Of a stretch of 64,000 bases of DNA, positions 46,981-56,517 are shown in pieces. Within the stretch, counting starts at the first letter, position 1. Each line of letters starts with the position of its first letter. Below the pieces are notes generated by a model. It was not told the DNA's origin and ran no database searches. It was given only the letters and a program-made list of their open reading frames with translations. The position numbers were made by a program, and so were the translations under genes. The stretch is taken from positions 1 to 64,000 of the IMG/VR virus record IMGVR_UViG_3300024239_000011; one strand, given 5' to 3'.

Positions 46981-47739
46981 ATGGGTATTGCATTTAAGGG
47001 ATCGTTGATCCCGATTGGATCATTTAAGGTTAAAACAAATATCCCACCGGACCAACATTGGTCCAACGTTAGCCTGCTCATGCATATGAATGGTGCGAAT
47101 AATTCGGGAATATTTGTAGATGAAATCGGTCATGCAATTACTCGCGCATCACCGAATGTCCAGATAATTACGGCTGACAGCAAATTTGGTGATGCGTCGG
47201 CAGTATTTGATGGTTCTTCTCTTGGGTATTTGTCCACACCATATTCTACCGACCTAAATTTCGGCGCAAATAACTACACCATTGAAGCTTGGGTGAAAAC
47301 AACATCATCCAAAGGTGAAATCGTGTCAAGTTTTGTCCCAAGTGGAACATATGGCGGATGGTCATTTGGGATCGGGTCTGCGTCCAATGATGGCACCCTT
47401 AATCATTATCAAGGCGACGGGGTGACAGTTGGTGGGTGGACTTCTGGAACAACCCCGGTCAATGATGGTCTCTGGCACCATGTAGCGGTGACGCGCGTTG
47501 GAACTACAATCAAATACTTTGTTGATGGTGTTTTGGATGCTGTGAAAACAAATACAAATAATGGTGCAAACAACACTAATTGTCCCATTCGTATCGGGGC
47601 AAGTTCGAACGACACCCTTTCAATACTCCGTCCATTCACCGGTAATATAGATGAATTGCGGATTACCAAAGGCGTAGCTCGTTACACTGGTACGTTTACG
47701 GTCCCTACATCTGAGTTCCCAACTCACACCGTGGTTTGA
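46981..47739 (+). CDS. MGISF-leader protein: single LamG domain
   Basis: MGIAFKGSLIPIGSFKVKTNIPP joined directly to WSNVSLLMHMNG...WHHVAVTR...IDELRITKGVARYT. Confidence 0.85.
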   Translation: MGIAFKGSLIPIGSFKVKTNIPPDQHWSNVSLLMHMNGANNSGIFVDEIGHAITRASPNVQIITADSKFGDASAVFDGSSLGYLSTPYSTDLNFGANNYTIEAWVKTTSSKGEIVSSFVPSGTYGGWSFGIGSASNDGTLNHYQGDGVTVGGWTSGTTPVNDGLWHHVAVTRVGTTIKYFVDGVLDAVKTNTNNGANNTNCPIRIGASSNDTLSILRPFTGNIDELRITKGVARYTGTFTVPTSEFPTHTVV

Positions 47740-47740
47740 T

Positions 47741-47814
47741 CCATTTTGTAACTGCGTAGTATGAGGAAAGGGAGCCATTTTGTAACTGCGTAGTATGAGG
47801 AAAGGGAGCCATTT
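47741..47814 (+). repeat. 34-bp tandem duplication (2.2 copies) running into a terminator
   Basis: ccattttgtaactgcgtagtatgaggaaagggag x2. Confidence 0.85.
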
Positions 47815-47906
47815 CGGCTCCCTTTTTGTATCAAAATTGCAAATGGTTGACACAGTTGTTGAGATACCGTAAATTACGCAAATTCTAGGCATATGGGAAA
47901 ATTGCG

Positions 47907-48290
47907 ATGCGAATCGTGTCTCAAGTGGTGGTTTATGAATTGGTGCATCATCCCGATACGACCCACCCATCGGAATCGTGGGATGAGTGGCGGCGGGATT
48001 TTTCGTTTATTCTCAATGACGACGATTTATTTTCGGTATTGAAGCAACAACTGATCTCGCAAAATCCGGGTGGGGTTCTTGCTCCGCATGATATCAAGTC
48101 AAAATTTGAACATGTGTTTACCTTCACCTATGACCGTCCTGAAATTCCTGAAAACATCGCAAAAGATGCGTGGGGACGCATGATGATAAAAATTGCAAAT
48201 GCCACAAAACACCGAACAAAAATTTTTGGCTGTGAAGTGCGTAGGTGTTTGGAAAATAACGGTGAATTATTTGTACTGACACCAGCATAA
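47907..48290 (+). CDS. hypothetical protein
   Basis: ORF behind a TTGACA promoter. Confidence 0.6.
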   Translation: MRIVSQVVVYELVHHPDTTHPSESWDEWRRDFSFILNDDDLFSVLKQQLISQNPGGVLAPHDIKSKFEHVFTFTYDRPEIPENIAKDAWGRMMIKIANATKHRTKIFGCEVRRCLENNGELFVLTPA

Positions 48291-48307
48291 GGAGCCTTTT
48301 GGCTCCG

Positions 48308-49690
48308 TCAGTAGTAATCTGGATCGGGTTGTGGTAGTTTAATTTTCAAACCGAAATACGCGCAAACATTGAAACCTTTACTGCGTTCAATTACGTTATT
48401 CCGAACCGCATCCCGGATGTTCGCAGCAAGTATTTTCCCGGTAATACCCTTCTGCTTCATCATCACCAATAGTCGGCGTTTGATCGCCGGGATGATGGCT
48501 TGGTCAAGGTTCCCGGCAACAAAGTTTACAATGCGCCACGCCACGTTTTCCGGGCTGTTAATGTCGATGTCCTCTCCGTCCAGATCGGTGTACTCTGGGT
48601 TACCGCCTGCAATGTGATAGAACGCTCGACGGGCATTTGGGAACTTGCGAAGTGCCGCATCTACCTCGTTATCCGGTTCACCGGTTTCCCGGCGGGCGGC
48701 AATGATCATACGAGCGATTTTCTCGTGGTATTCACGGGTATAGGCGTTCTCGTCACTTGCAATCAGCATAACTCGGACGAAGCGGAGAATCGCGTTACGG
48801 AGGTCGCCAGGGCGTTGATGGTAGTTGTTTCCACCGAGGATACGGAACTCAACGTACCCACTTTTCTCCATGCGGAAAAACGCCACGGTGAACGATTTCT
48901 CGCTGCCACCACCACCGCCATAATTGTCCTTGAACTGAATACGACCCATATTGTTCATTTCGCGCCCAAGCATAGTGCTCAGATAGTCCATGACTTTCTT
49001 GAGGTCTTTCGAACGGGAAATATCCTGTTTGGGGGTGCGTTCCCATGGGTGAAGGTAATCGTCACGTAGACGCTTGATTAGCGGGTCGATACGGCTGGCG
49101 ATGTTGTTTTTTCCGACCGACAGTACCCGTTCGAAATTAGATTTCAGGTGATCCTCACCGAGAAAAACCATGACTTTGAGCGGGTCGAGTTTGCTCATAC
49201 GAGCTTTGTCGTTGAAAGATATACCAACATGGAACCCCGTGGTTCCGTTGGTCTGGTAATCGTGTTCGGTGTAGTAGGAGAACAGTTCATTCATTGCCTC
49301 GAAGAACTGCGTTGGCTCCATTGGCGGTGAAACGATTTCAAGCGGCATGATACCGTTCTGCTCTTTCGTCTCTTTACCGTCTACGGTGACGATTTCGCCA
49401 ATAGAAACATCTCGGTCAATATACCAATGGCTACCGGAGAAATCCTTCGGTTTTTGGTCAAACACGAGTTTCATGGGACTATCACCCCACCCTTTCTCGC
49501 GTGCAAATTTGAATACCGACGACCGTTGTTCAAGATCGGCTGCCATCTGCTCGATAGTGCGGCGTTCTTGTATGGGATTACCACGGATGAAGAACTCGGA
49601 TTCAAAACCAAGCATCACTTCACCGAGATTCGACCCTGCCAAATCCCGTTGTCCCATGCGCACTGCTTCATTTAGTTCTTTGATTTTCAT
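48308..49690 (-). CDS. leader-bearing putative amidoligase (COOH-NH2 ligase fold)
   Basis: MKIKELNEA; GFESEF, DRDVSI, LEIVSPP, TNGTTGFHVGIS, VEFRILGG; CTAAATA 5 nt before the ATG. Confidence 0.75.
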   Translation of the reverse strand: MKIKELNEAVRMGQRDLAGSNLGEVMLGFESEFFIRGNPIQERRTIEQMAADLEQRSSVFKFAREKGWGDSPMKLVFDQKPKDFSGSHWYIDRDVSIGEIVTVDGKETKEQNGIMPLEIVSPPMEPTQFFEAMNELFSYYTEHDYQTNGTTGFHVGISFNDKARMSKLDPLKVMVFLGEDHLKSNFERVLSVGKNNIASRIDPLIKRLRDDYLHPWERTPKQDISRSKDLKKVMDYLSTMLGREMNNMGRIQFKDNYGGGGGSEKSFTVAFFRMEKSGYVEFRILGGNNYHQRPGDLRNAILRFVRVMLIASDENAYTREYHEKIARMIIAARRETGEPDNEVDAALRKFPNARRAFYHIAGGNPEYTDLDGEDIDINSPENVAWRIVNFVAGNLDQAIIPAIKRRLLVMMKQKGITGKILAANIRDAVRNNVIERSKGFNVCAYFGLKIKLPQPDPDYY

Positions 49691-49694
49691 AGAG

Positions 49695-49952
49695 CTATTT
49701 AGGGCGGTGTACTAAGCCCCGTGCCACCTGAAGAATGGTCCGACTATCAACTATAGTGGCGCCATGTTGAATTGCGTCTTCGCGTTGTTCCCGTGTGACA
49801 TCATAATGCGGATGGACTTTAGGCTTATGATACCAGCACCGCTTTACACCAATCTGTGCAGCGAAATCATGGAGTTCCGAAAGGCTGTCGGCGGTCATAT
49901 GATAGCGCAATTTACCTTTATACAGCATAGCCGCATCATCCACGTAGATCAT
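49695..49952 (-). CDS. DUF4031-like protein
   Basis: IYVDD...HMTADSLSELHDFAAQIG.KR.W...HYDV. Confidence 0.7.
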   Translation of the reverse strand: MIYVDDAAMLYKGKLRYHMTADSLSELHDFAAQIGVKRCWYHKPKVHPHYDVTREQREDAIQHGATIVDSRTILQVARGLVHRPK

Positions 49953-50304
49953 TGATCACACGTTGTCGAAATTCGGTTACTATTTCTGCAAATTTATCAG
50001 CAGAACATTGTCCACGTCCTAGATTTGCCATTCTACTACAAATGACAATATTTTCTTTGGAATATCCAAACTGAGCATCAAGACGATCAACGCTAATTGC
50101 CAGCGGATTGTAAGATGTGAAAATATCAAACGGGTCCAATGGGATATCAAACCAGTAACATCTTGAATTTTGTGCAAGAAATATTTCTTGAAGATCATCG
50201 GGGGTTACTTGGATTTCCTTGGTCATATCCCGACCCTTCCGTTCACGCCACGCCCGCCCATTGATACGCATGTTTGAAATTAATTTTTTCCAGGGGTTCC
50301 GCAT
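49936..50304 (-). CDS. HNH-like endonuclease
   Basis: QNSRCYW...SVDRLD...GYSKENIVICS..AN. Confidence 0.6.
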   Translation of the reverse strand: MRNPWKKLISNMRINGRAWRERKGRDMTKEIQVTPDDLQEIFLAQNSRCYWFDIPLDPFDIFTSYNPLAISVDRLDAQFGYSKENIVICSRMANLGRGQCSADKFAEIVTEFRQRVINDLRG

Positions 50305-50366
50305 TTGTTCCTCTTGATAATGCGGAAATCTTAAAACGCGAAATAGTGATTTTCAATAAATATCAG

Positions 50367-50760
50367 ATGCGTATAAAAGAATTACTCAACGAATACAAGG
50401 TCGAACATACTCCAAACGGGTATATCGTATTTCGCAACCCAAGTGCAACCGAGTTGGCGAATCTTGTCAACCGTATGGGGTCACTACGCGGAATTTACCA
50501 TAGTGGTACCAACTATGTATGGGGAGCAATGGAAGGTGTTCATTGCCACTTATTTTGGGAACTCGGGTTGGACGAACACGACCCGGAATGCCTTATATAT
50601 TTTGTTACGAACGATAAAAACGATAGCGTAGATTGGACGACGCGACTTAGTGTCGCCCCGGCAGGTTTTTAACTACTGTGTGTCACCCTCCCGTCTTGCT
50701 AAAAAATTTCCAAAGTTTCAGCGTATGCTTGGTATAACTGATGCCAAGGTAACAGCCTGA
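50367..50760 (+). pseudogene. leader-bearing gene (MRIKELLNEY) with a 1-nt frameshift in a T run at about 50670
   Basis: Frame stops at 50672; removing one T gives ...GF-NYCVSPSRLAKKFPKFQRMLGITDAKVTA ending at 50760. Confidence 0.5.
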
Positions 50761-50839
50761 AGAAATAGTCGGCCAAGTCCGCTTGACATCTTCCCGGTGG
50801 TCTGATAGTATTCACCCATCAACTGACGGGATGAACGCC

Positions 50840-51010
50840 ATGTCGATGACCAAGGGTAAGAACCGGGCGATCAGCCGTCGTGCTATTCGCCGTGGTCAGT
50901 CGGTCGCCATCAAGCGCGCCCTGGTTCGCGGTGAAGAGCCGACCGTTCTGAACAAGCACGCCGGTCGCCTCGCCCGCTACAATTGGGGCGGTGGCTGCTC
51001 GGGTGCATGA
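50840..51010 (+). CDS. small basic protein
   Basis: TTGACA promoter upstream; GC3-rich codons; terminator at about 51068-51102. Confidence 0.55.
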   Translation: MSMTKGKNRAISRRAIRRGQSVAIKRALVRGEEPTVLNKHAGRLARYNWGGGCSGA

Positions 51011-51167
51011 ACCAATACATCACCAAGTCCGCATGGGCGTGTGCTAGTTTGCCAGAGGTGATAAAATCAAAAGGGCGGTTCCTTCGGGGACCGCTTTTTT
51101 ATTGCGCCCGACGAACACAAAAGCACATAGTCGGCACAACACAAACGAAACGTATGGGAAAGATTCG

Positions 51168-51560
51168 ATGAGCGATCTGGAAACCTATATAACAAAAAAT
51201 GCCGATAAGCTGCGAATGCTGCGGGACACCTTGGATGATCTATTATCCTTACTTGATGAAAACTCAAAGCGTCAAAAAAGTACAATGACATTGGGAACGC
51301 CCAAGCGAATTGGGGACTATCTTGTGTTCCCGCCATTTGGGAACAACGAACCCAAAATGTTTAAACTTCCTTCTGATAATACTGGCGCAAAGCAATTTTC
51401 ACGGGAAGTCCAAGATTGGGTACTGGCAAGTGGTGGAACGCAAGGGCAAGCGGCAGCAGCACGCAAAGCACTTAATGCACTTGGGTTTTACGCAACAAGC
51501 AAACGGCACACCTCTGGCAAGAGCCTTGACGACCTTCTAAACCGCATAAACAGAGACTAA
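51168..51560 (+). CDS. hypothetical protein
   Basis: GGGA RBS. Confidence 0.6.
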   Translation: MSDLETYITKNADKLRMLRDTLDDLLSLLDENSKRQKSTMTLGTPKRIGDYLVFPPFGNNEPKMFKLPSDNTGAKQFSREVQDWVLASGGTQGQAAAARKALNALGFYATSKRHTSGKSLDDLLNRINRD

Positions 51561-51563
51561 GAT

Positions 51564-52445
51564 ATGAACAACTCACTATTCGCAACCTCGTTGACTGGAA
51601 TTCAAAAAACCAAACTCCGCATGACTGTCGCAGATTGGATCGCGATACCCGATCATCCGCGACAACGTGACACCGCGCGCCGCATGAAGAAGGCAAAGCA
51701 TCTGTTGTCTTATTCCCCCACTCATGCACAAGTGTCAATGTGTATTTTACCGGATGGTCGGGCATGTAAGCTTGATGGTCATACTAGAGCTTATGCATGG
51801 GAGCAAAAACTGACCGAAGGTATCCCCACACAGCTTGATGTTGATGTCTACCATTGCTTGAACGAGGCACAACGTTTAGAACTGTATTCGCATTTTGATT
51901 CGCCGCATGCTGTCGAAGACAGTGCTGATATGATTAGTGGTGCATTTCGCGAACACAATATCAATCCGACCTCTACTTTATTCAAGACTGGAAAATGTTC
52001 CACGGCGTACAAACTGGCGTATGCGTACCTCAACGGGTTTAAGTCTCCGAATAATCTCGATATCTATGAGGTCGTCGGGTTCATGAAGTCTGATATTGAA
52101 CTTCTCGATGCCGTGGCAATGAACACCACTTGGTTTAATACCGGGGTAATTGCCGCTGCACTGATAAGCATTCACAAGTACGGTAATGCGGCATTGGATT
52201 TCTGGCACAAATACAGCAAGAATGAAGGGCTTAAAACCAATGCCGGGCGGGACGGAGTTGATCAACTCCGTGAAATCATCAATGGGATGCGCAGCCGCAA
52301 GGTTGGTATGGGTTCTGGCGCAGTGTATGAAGAATTGTGTGGAAAAGCCATTGCATGTTTCGAGGGATATCGCAATGGTAAGACGTTCGGGCGAGCGCCG
52401 AGTGCGTTCGCTTCCCTCGAAAAATATCTTGGTATGAAGCTGTAA
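51564..52445 (+). CDS. ParB/Srx-like N-terminal domain protein
   Basis: HPRQRD...KLDGHTRAYAW. Confidence 0.6.
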   Translation: MNNSLFATSLTGIQKTKLRMTVADWIAIPDHPRQRDTARRMKKAKHLLSYSPTHAQVSMCILPDGRACKLDGHTRAYAWEQKLTEGIPTQLDVDVYHCLNEAQRLELYSHFDSPHAVEDSADMISGAFREHNINPTSTLFKTGKCSTAYKLAYAYLNGFKSPNNLDIYEVVGFMKSDIELLDAVAMNTTWFNTGVIAAALISIHKYGNAALDFWHKYSKNEGLKTNAGRDGVDQLREIINGMRSRKVGMGSGAVYEELCGKAIACFEGYRNGKTFGRAPSAFASLEKYLGMKL

Positions 52446-52489
52446 CCACGTGAAAGAGGCGGTTCAATTGAACCGCCTCTTTCAGACGT

Positions 52490-52843
52490 TTAGTTGATGC
52501 GAGACATAGGCTCGATCCCCGCATCGTCCTTGTCGGAGTCATCCACCCACGCAGCGAACGCCTCAACGAAGGATTTGGTTTGGGCGTAGGACGCAGCGGG
52601 CGCCGCTTCCCGTCTGATGAAGATGATGCAGCCAAGGAAGCTGAAGGGCTGCTCAGCCATATCAGGATTGGCAATCCTGTCGCTGATGGCTTGTTCTTCT
52701 TCCGCGCTGGTCATACCCCGCCCCATACCACACATGCGGACATAGCGAAGGTACCGCGCCTTGAGGTACGCGAAGTCTTCGGTGTTGATAATAGCGAGGT
52801 CGGGGAATTCCTGACGAAGCCGATTATAGTAGGCGATGTCCAT
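52490..52843 (-). CDS. hypothetical protein
   Basis: GGAGA RBS; TTGACA-N17-TATTGT upstream. Confidence 0.65.
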   Translation of the reverse strand: MDIAYYNRLRQEFPDLAIINTEDFAYLKARYLRYVRMCGMGRGMTSAEEEQAISDRIANPDMAEQPFSFLGCIIFIRREAAPAASYAQTKSFVEAFAAWVDDSDKDDAGIEPMSRIN

Positions 52844-53014
52844 GTCATGTCTCCATCTGCATCGTGGTAACACAATACAAGTTCCCATGAGTATGTCAAC
52901 GGGAACAGATGGAGAACAGACAAGTATTCACGCTTACAATATGCAGTCCCGGAAGTGTTTTGTCAAATGTCCGGAAAATGTTTCCTCAGGAAACATCCAT
53001 GTTCTTGTTTTGTT

Positions 53015-53827
53015 CTATGGCTTGAACTCTTCCTTCCATGTGCGTTCAGCAATGATGTCGGCTATTATTGTATATGATAGATTTGGGTAATGATTTCGTT
53101 GAATTTCTTTGCGCGTTTTACCGATGCGAAACAACATTCGAATATCATCCACGGCATCCCACGTCACTTTTTTGTTGGGGGATGGTGCGTTTACATTAGA
53201 AGCACGAATTTTTGCTATGCGGTCTTCTGGCGGACGACCATGTTTTTTACCCAATGCAGCTATACGACATTTCTCTTTATGTTCCGATGATTTAGGTTTT
53301 CCTTTCGCCGCCTCGGACATTTTTTTCTTGGTTTCTTCCGTGTGTGGCTGATCACGCACGGGGGGCTTAATACCGTTTATCAAAGCCCATTGACGCCGTT
53401 TTTCGCGTTCTTCTTTGGACCATGATAAACCGTACCGATGGTTGAGTTCGCCGCGCTGTTTGTCTCCAATTTTCTGCCGAGTCTCGTCCGAGCGAGGTTT
53501 GCCGGAAGGATTCGGCGGACGACTGTCAATACAAATATTGGTTAATATCCCATGGTCCTCATACCCTTTTCGTCCGTATTTCAGGATAAGCGCGCTTTCG
53601 ATTTCGAATGCTTCATCCTCATCCAAATTAGTTACTGCAAATTCAACAAACGGCATCATACCAGTACGTCGAATCGCTTCTATCTTACACCATTTCCGGC
53701 GGTTCTCTGTATTCTGATAGGTTTCAGATAGATGTTTCTTCCAACGATCCCCTTTTCCTTTTCCGACATAAAATGGTTCGTTGTTTCTTCGCGGATCGAG
53801 CAAGATGTAGACATAATATTCAGACAT
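53015..53827 (-). CDS. free-standing GIY-YIG-like homing endonuclease with NUMOD3 repeats
   Basis: YYVYILLDPR...PFYVGKGKGDR; EAFEIESALILKYGR; RSDETRQKIG and HTEETKKKMSEAAKGK repeats; TATAAATA at 53859-53866. Confidence 0.85.
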   Translation of the reverse strand: MSEYYVYILLDPRRNNEPFYVGKGKGDRWKKHLSETYQNTENRRKWCKIEAIRRTGMMPFVEFAVTNLDEDEAFEIESALILKYGRKGYEDHGILTNICIDSRPPNPSGKPRSDETRQKIGDKQRGELNHRYGLSWSKEEREKRRQWALINGIKPPVRDQPHTEETKKKMSEAAKGKPKSSEHKEKCRIAALGKKHGRPPEDRIAKIRASNVNAPSPNKKVTWDAVDDIRMLFRIGKTRKEIQRNHYPNLSYTIIADIIAERTWKEEFKP

Positions 53828-53958
53828 TTGTACTCCAATGTTCGATATAGTAACAATGTATTTATATAAGGCGAAACGCCAACATCTAAATAATGGTAGA
53901 AGAATTTAGCTGTGATAAGCAGCACATGATATAGTACCCGTAAGGGAAGGAGGTACAA

Positions 53959-54801
53959 GTGGATACACTTTCAAAATTCGGTTACTAAGGGAATTGGCTG
54001 AATTAAAATCCCTTTAATTGCTGGGACACCTCTCGGAGGCAATCAGCAGCCAAGCCCAGAAATGGGAAGGTTCATCGACTAGGCGAAAGCCGTACACTCA
54101 AGCGAGTGGAAATGGGGGATAGTAAACAGACAAGGATGGATTTATTCCTTACTGTTTACCGAAGATATAGTCAGGTCTTACAGGCGACTGTAAGCAGTTC
54201 GAAAGAACGGTGTGGGATTAGCGACTCCACATGAACATAAACGGTCCCAATGGGAGGTCAGACCGGTCGCGGCGGTCTTCTTATGCCGAAGCTCAAATAT
54301 CGCTTCCGCGTGCGCTTTGTTAACTTTGGTCCGATTGCGGGTGGTTTGGAATTGACCCAACAGGTTATGTCCTGCACTAAGCCGTCGATTACATATGCAG
54401 AAATACCACTTGATGCATACAACTCGAAAGCATACGTGCATGGTAAGCATGAGTGGTCAACTGTGGACATTACGCTGCGTGACGACATCACCAACGTGAT
54501 TTCGAAGCTGGTCGGACACCAAGTACAAAAGCAGGTAAACCACTTCCAACAGACCGCTTATGCGGCTGGTCAGAACTACAAGTTCAACACCATCATCGAA
54601 CAGATGGACGGCGGCAACGATGTGGTTCTCGAACAGTGGAACCTTGAAGGTTGTTGGATAACATCTGTTAATTGGGGCGATCTGGACTACTCGGCATCTG
54701 ATGCTCAGACAATTCAGATGACGGTTCGGTTTGATAACGCGACCCAGGCTGATGGTCTATTCACGGAAATTCCGAACCTTATCCCCGGTTTCCGCGCTTA
54801 A
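53959..54801 (+). CDS. tail tube protein (T4 gp19-like), split: exon1 53959-53982, exon2 54244-54801
   Basis: Spliced N-terminus MDTLSKFG|VPMGGQTGRGGLLMPKLKYRFRV; GGAGG RBS before GTG 53959; ITLRDD, EQWNLEGCWITSVNWGDLDYS..DAQTIQMTVRFDNA. Confidence 0.85.
53983..54243 (+). mobile_element. group I intron, 261 nt, no ORF
   Basis: 5' exon ends in U paired to G in P1 (aauucggu/gcugaauu); P aattgctggga, Q aatcagcag, R gttcatcgacta, S aagatatagtc; P7 gacta/tagtc; terminal G at 54243. Confidence 0.88.
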
Positions 54802-54816
54802 ACATAAGGGTTTGGT

Positions 54817-56517
54817 ATGCCAGAGTATGATTTACTCCGTCAGGTTGCGAGTGCAAAAGGTAACGATATCAGCGAAGCTGGTGGTACGGTTGCCGGTAAT
54901 GTACCCATTATTGGAAAAACTGCCGGGAATGCTATTGAGTCACTTTTGAGTCTGGGTGGAGAACGTCCCACTCGACTTAAAGACTCGACTCATGCATCCC
55001 GGCGGTTTTCTCTTGATCGACAGTCGTACACTGAAGTACCACGTCCTAAATTTCTATTCTGGGTTCAGTTTTTCGGTAATGGGTTTGCTGATCGTCAGAA
55101 TAGTTCGGCTTTGCGCAATACCGATCAAACACGTCGGTGGGCGGAAGGTATATCATTTCTTGTCAAATACATAGATAAACCAAAGATCACACCTCAGGTT
55201 GAAGAACTTTCACAATACGGAAAGAAACGTCTTATTCATACCGGGGTGCAATACGAACCTGTTACTCTACGCTTTCATGATTCGGTATCTGATGGTGCCC
55301 TGCATTTCTGGCAGGATTATTTTTGGTGGTATTTTGGTGATGCACGGGGCAAAACCCCTCTTTCATGGAATTACGACGCGACCAATATTGAAATGAACCG
55401 GGATGCCGGTGGATGGGGTTTTAACCCGACGAAAGATGCTGCGGTCGGCTCAACGGCGACCAATTTCTTTCTTACTGAAATGAAATTGTGGCAATTCTGG
55501 GGTGGATATTTCACCGCTATGAGTTTTATCAATCCGAAAATCACTTCATTTGATCATGATTCGAACGATTATGCCGAAGGCGCTGTTGGTTCGGAAATCA
55601 CAATGCAAATGAAGTACGAAGGTGTCATTTATCATCAAGAGAAGTCTTCAATTCGTCTACCGCCCGGTCGTGGTGGTATGACTGATGAAGAAAAACGTGC
55701 GTTCCTTCTTGATCTTGGTGATTATTACAATGTTCCGAATATTCGCCAGAATTCCGATCTATTCTCACGTATGAGTGGACAAGTTCTACAGGGTGTTCTT
55801 GACAACGTGTTGCGTGGTAATGGTGCGAATGCTGGTAGTGTATTAAAAAATGTTGTTATGGGTCAGATACCCTTCACTAAGTCCTCAATTAATGCATTGA
55901 AAAACCAAGTATTCAATAATACTATTTCGCGTATCGGATCATCGGCGTTGAATGTGTTTGGTAATTATAGTTTTGGCACGGCAACGGATAACCGGTTACC
56001 CAAATACAATGAAGTTTATGATCCTCGGCTTGTTTCATACAAGGCAACGAATGCGGATGCCCAGGCAGCTTCAGCAGTTTCGACTCGTGGAAAAGCTGGC
56101 GGGACAGATAAAATCATACCCGGCGTCGATTCATTCGGGATGGGTGGTAATACATTGGCGGCAGCTACGTCCGCGATGCAATCTGAAAACAAATCGTTTC
56201 TCGATTCGTTTGGAGGATCAATTGCATCGGCTGCCCGTGATGTGCGTGATGCGGTTGGTAGCGGTGTAGATTGGGTAGGCGATCAAATTAGTTCTGGTGC
56301 ATCCGTGGTTGGATCATTCTTTGATTCGGCAAGCGAAGAAGGTACTCGGCTCGCAGATTCCGGATACGCGGCATTAAATGATATGGCACGATCTTCCACG
56401 CAATACGGCACTGCCATTGCGTCCGATATGGGTGGTATGATTGCAGGACAACAGCAGCGCGATCCTCGAATGGCAGACAATCCGGTGATTTCCGATCCAT
56501 CAAAAGCTTTTGGTTAA
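54817..56517 (+). CDS. baseplate/tail-tube initiator-like protein (tube-fold N-terminal domain)
   Basis: PRPKFLFWVQF, VKYIDKPKIT..EELSQYGKKR, YEPVTLRFHD, ITSFDHD..DYA; directly after the tube gene. Confidence 0.6.
   Translation: MPEYDLLRQVASAKGNDISEAGGTVAGNVPIIGKTAGNAIESLLSLGGERPTRLKDSTHASRRFSLDRQSYTEVPRPKFLFWVQFFGNGFADRQNSSALRNTDQTRRWAEGISFLVKYIDKPKITPQVEELSQYGKKRLIHTGVQYEPVTLRFHDSVSDGALHFWQDYFWWYFGDARGKTPLSWNYDATNIEMNRDAGGWGFNPTKDAAVGSTATNFFLTEMKLWQFWGGYFTAMSFINPKITSFDHDSNDYAEGAVGSEITMQMKYEGVIYHQEKSSIRLPPGRGGMTDEEKRAFLLDLGDYYNVPNIRQNSDLFSRMSGQVLQGVLDNVLRGNGANAGSVLKNVVMGQIPFTKSSINALKNQVFNNTISRIGSSALNVFGNYSFGTATDNRLPKYNEVYDPRLVSYKATNADAQAASAVSTRGKAGGTDKIIPGVDSFGMGGNTLAAATSAMQSENKSFLDSFGGSIASAARDVRDAVGSGVDWVGDQISSGASVVGSFFDSASEEGTRLADSGYAALNDMARSSTQYGTAIASDMGGMIAGQQQRDPRMADNPVISDPSKAFG

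Noticed and set aside
47741-47814. CRISPR array or mini-array (also the 21-bp repeats at 60975/61048)
   Set aside because: The first has no spacer; the second has only two copies, is non-palindromic and has a 52-nt gap; no cas genes are present.
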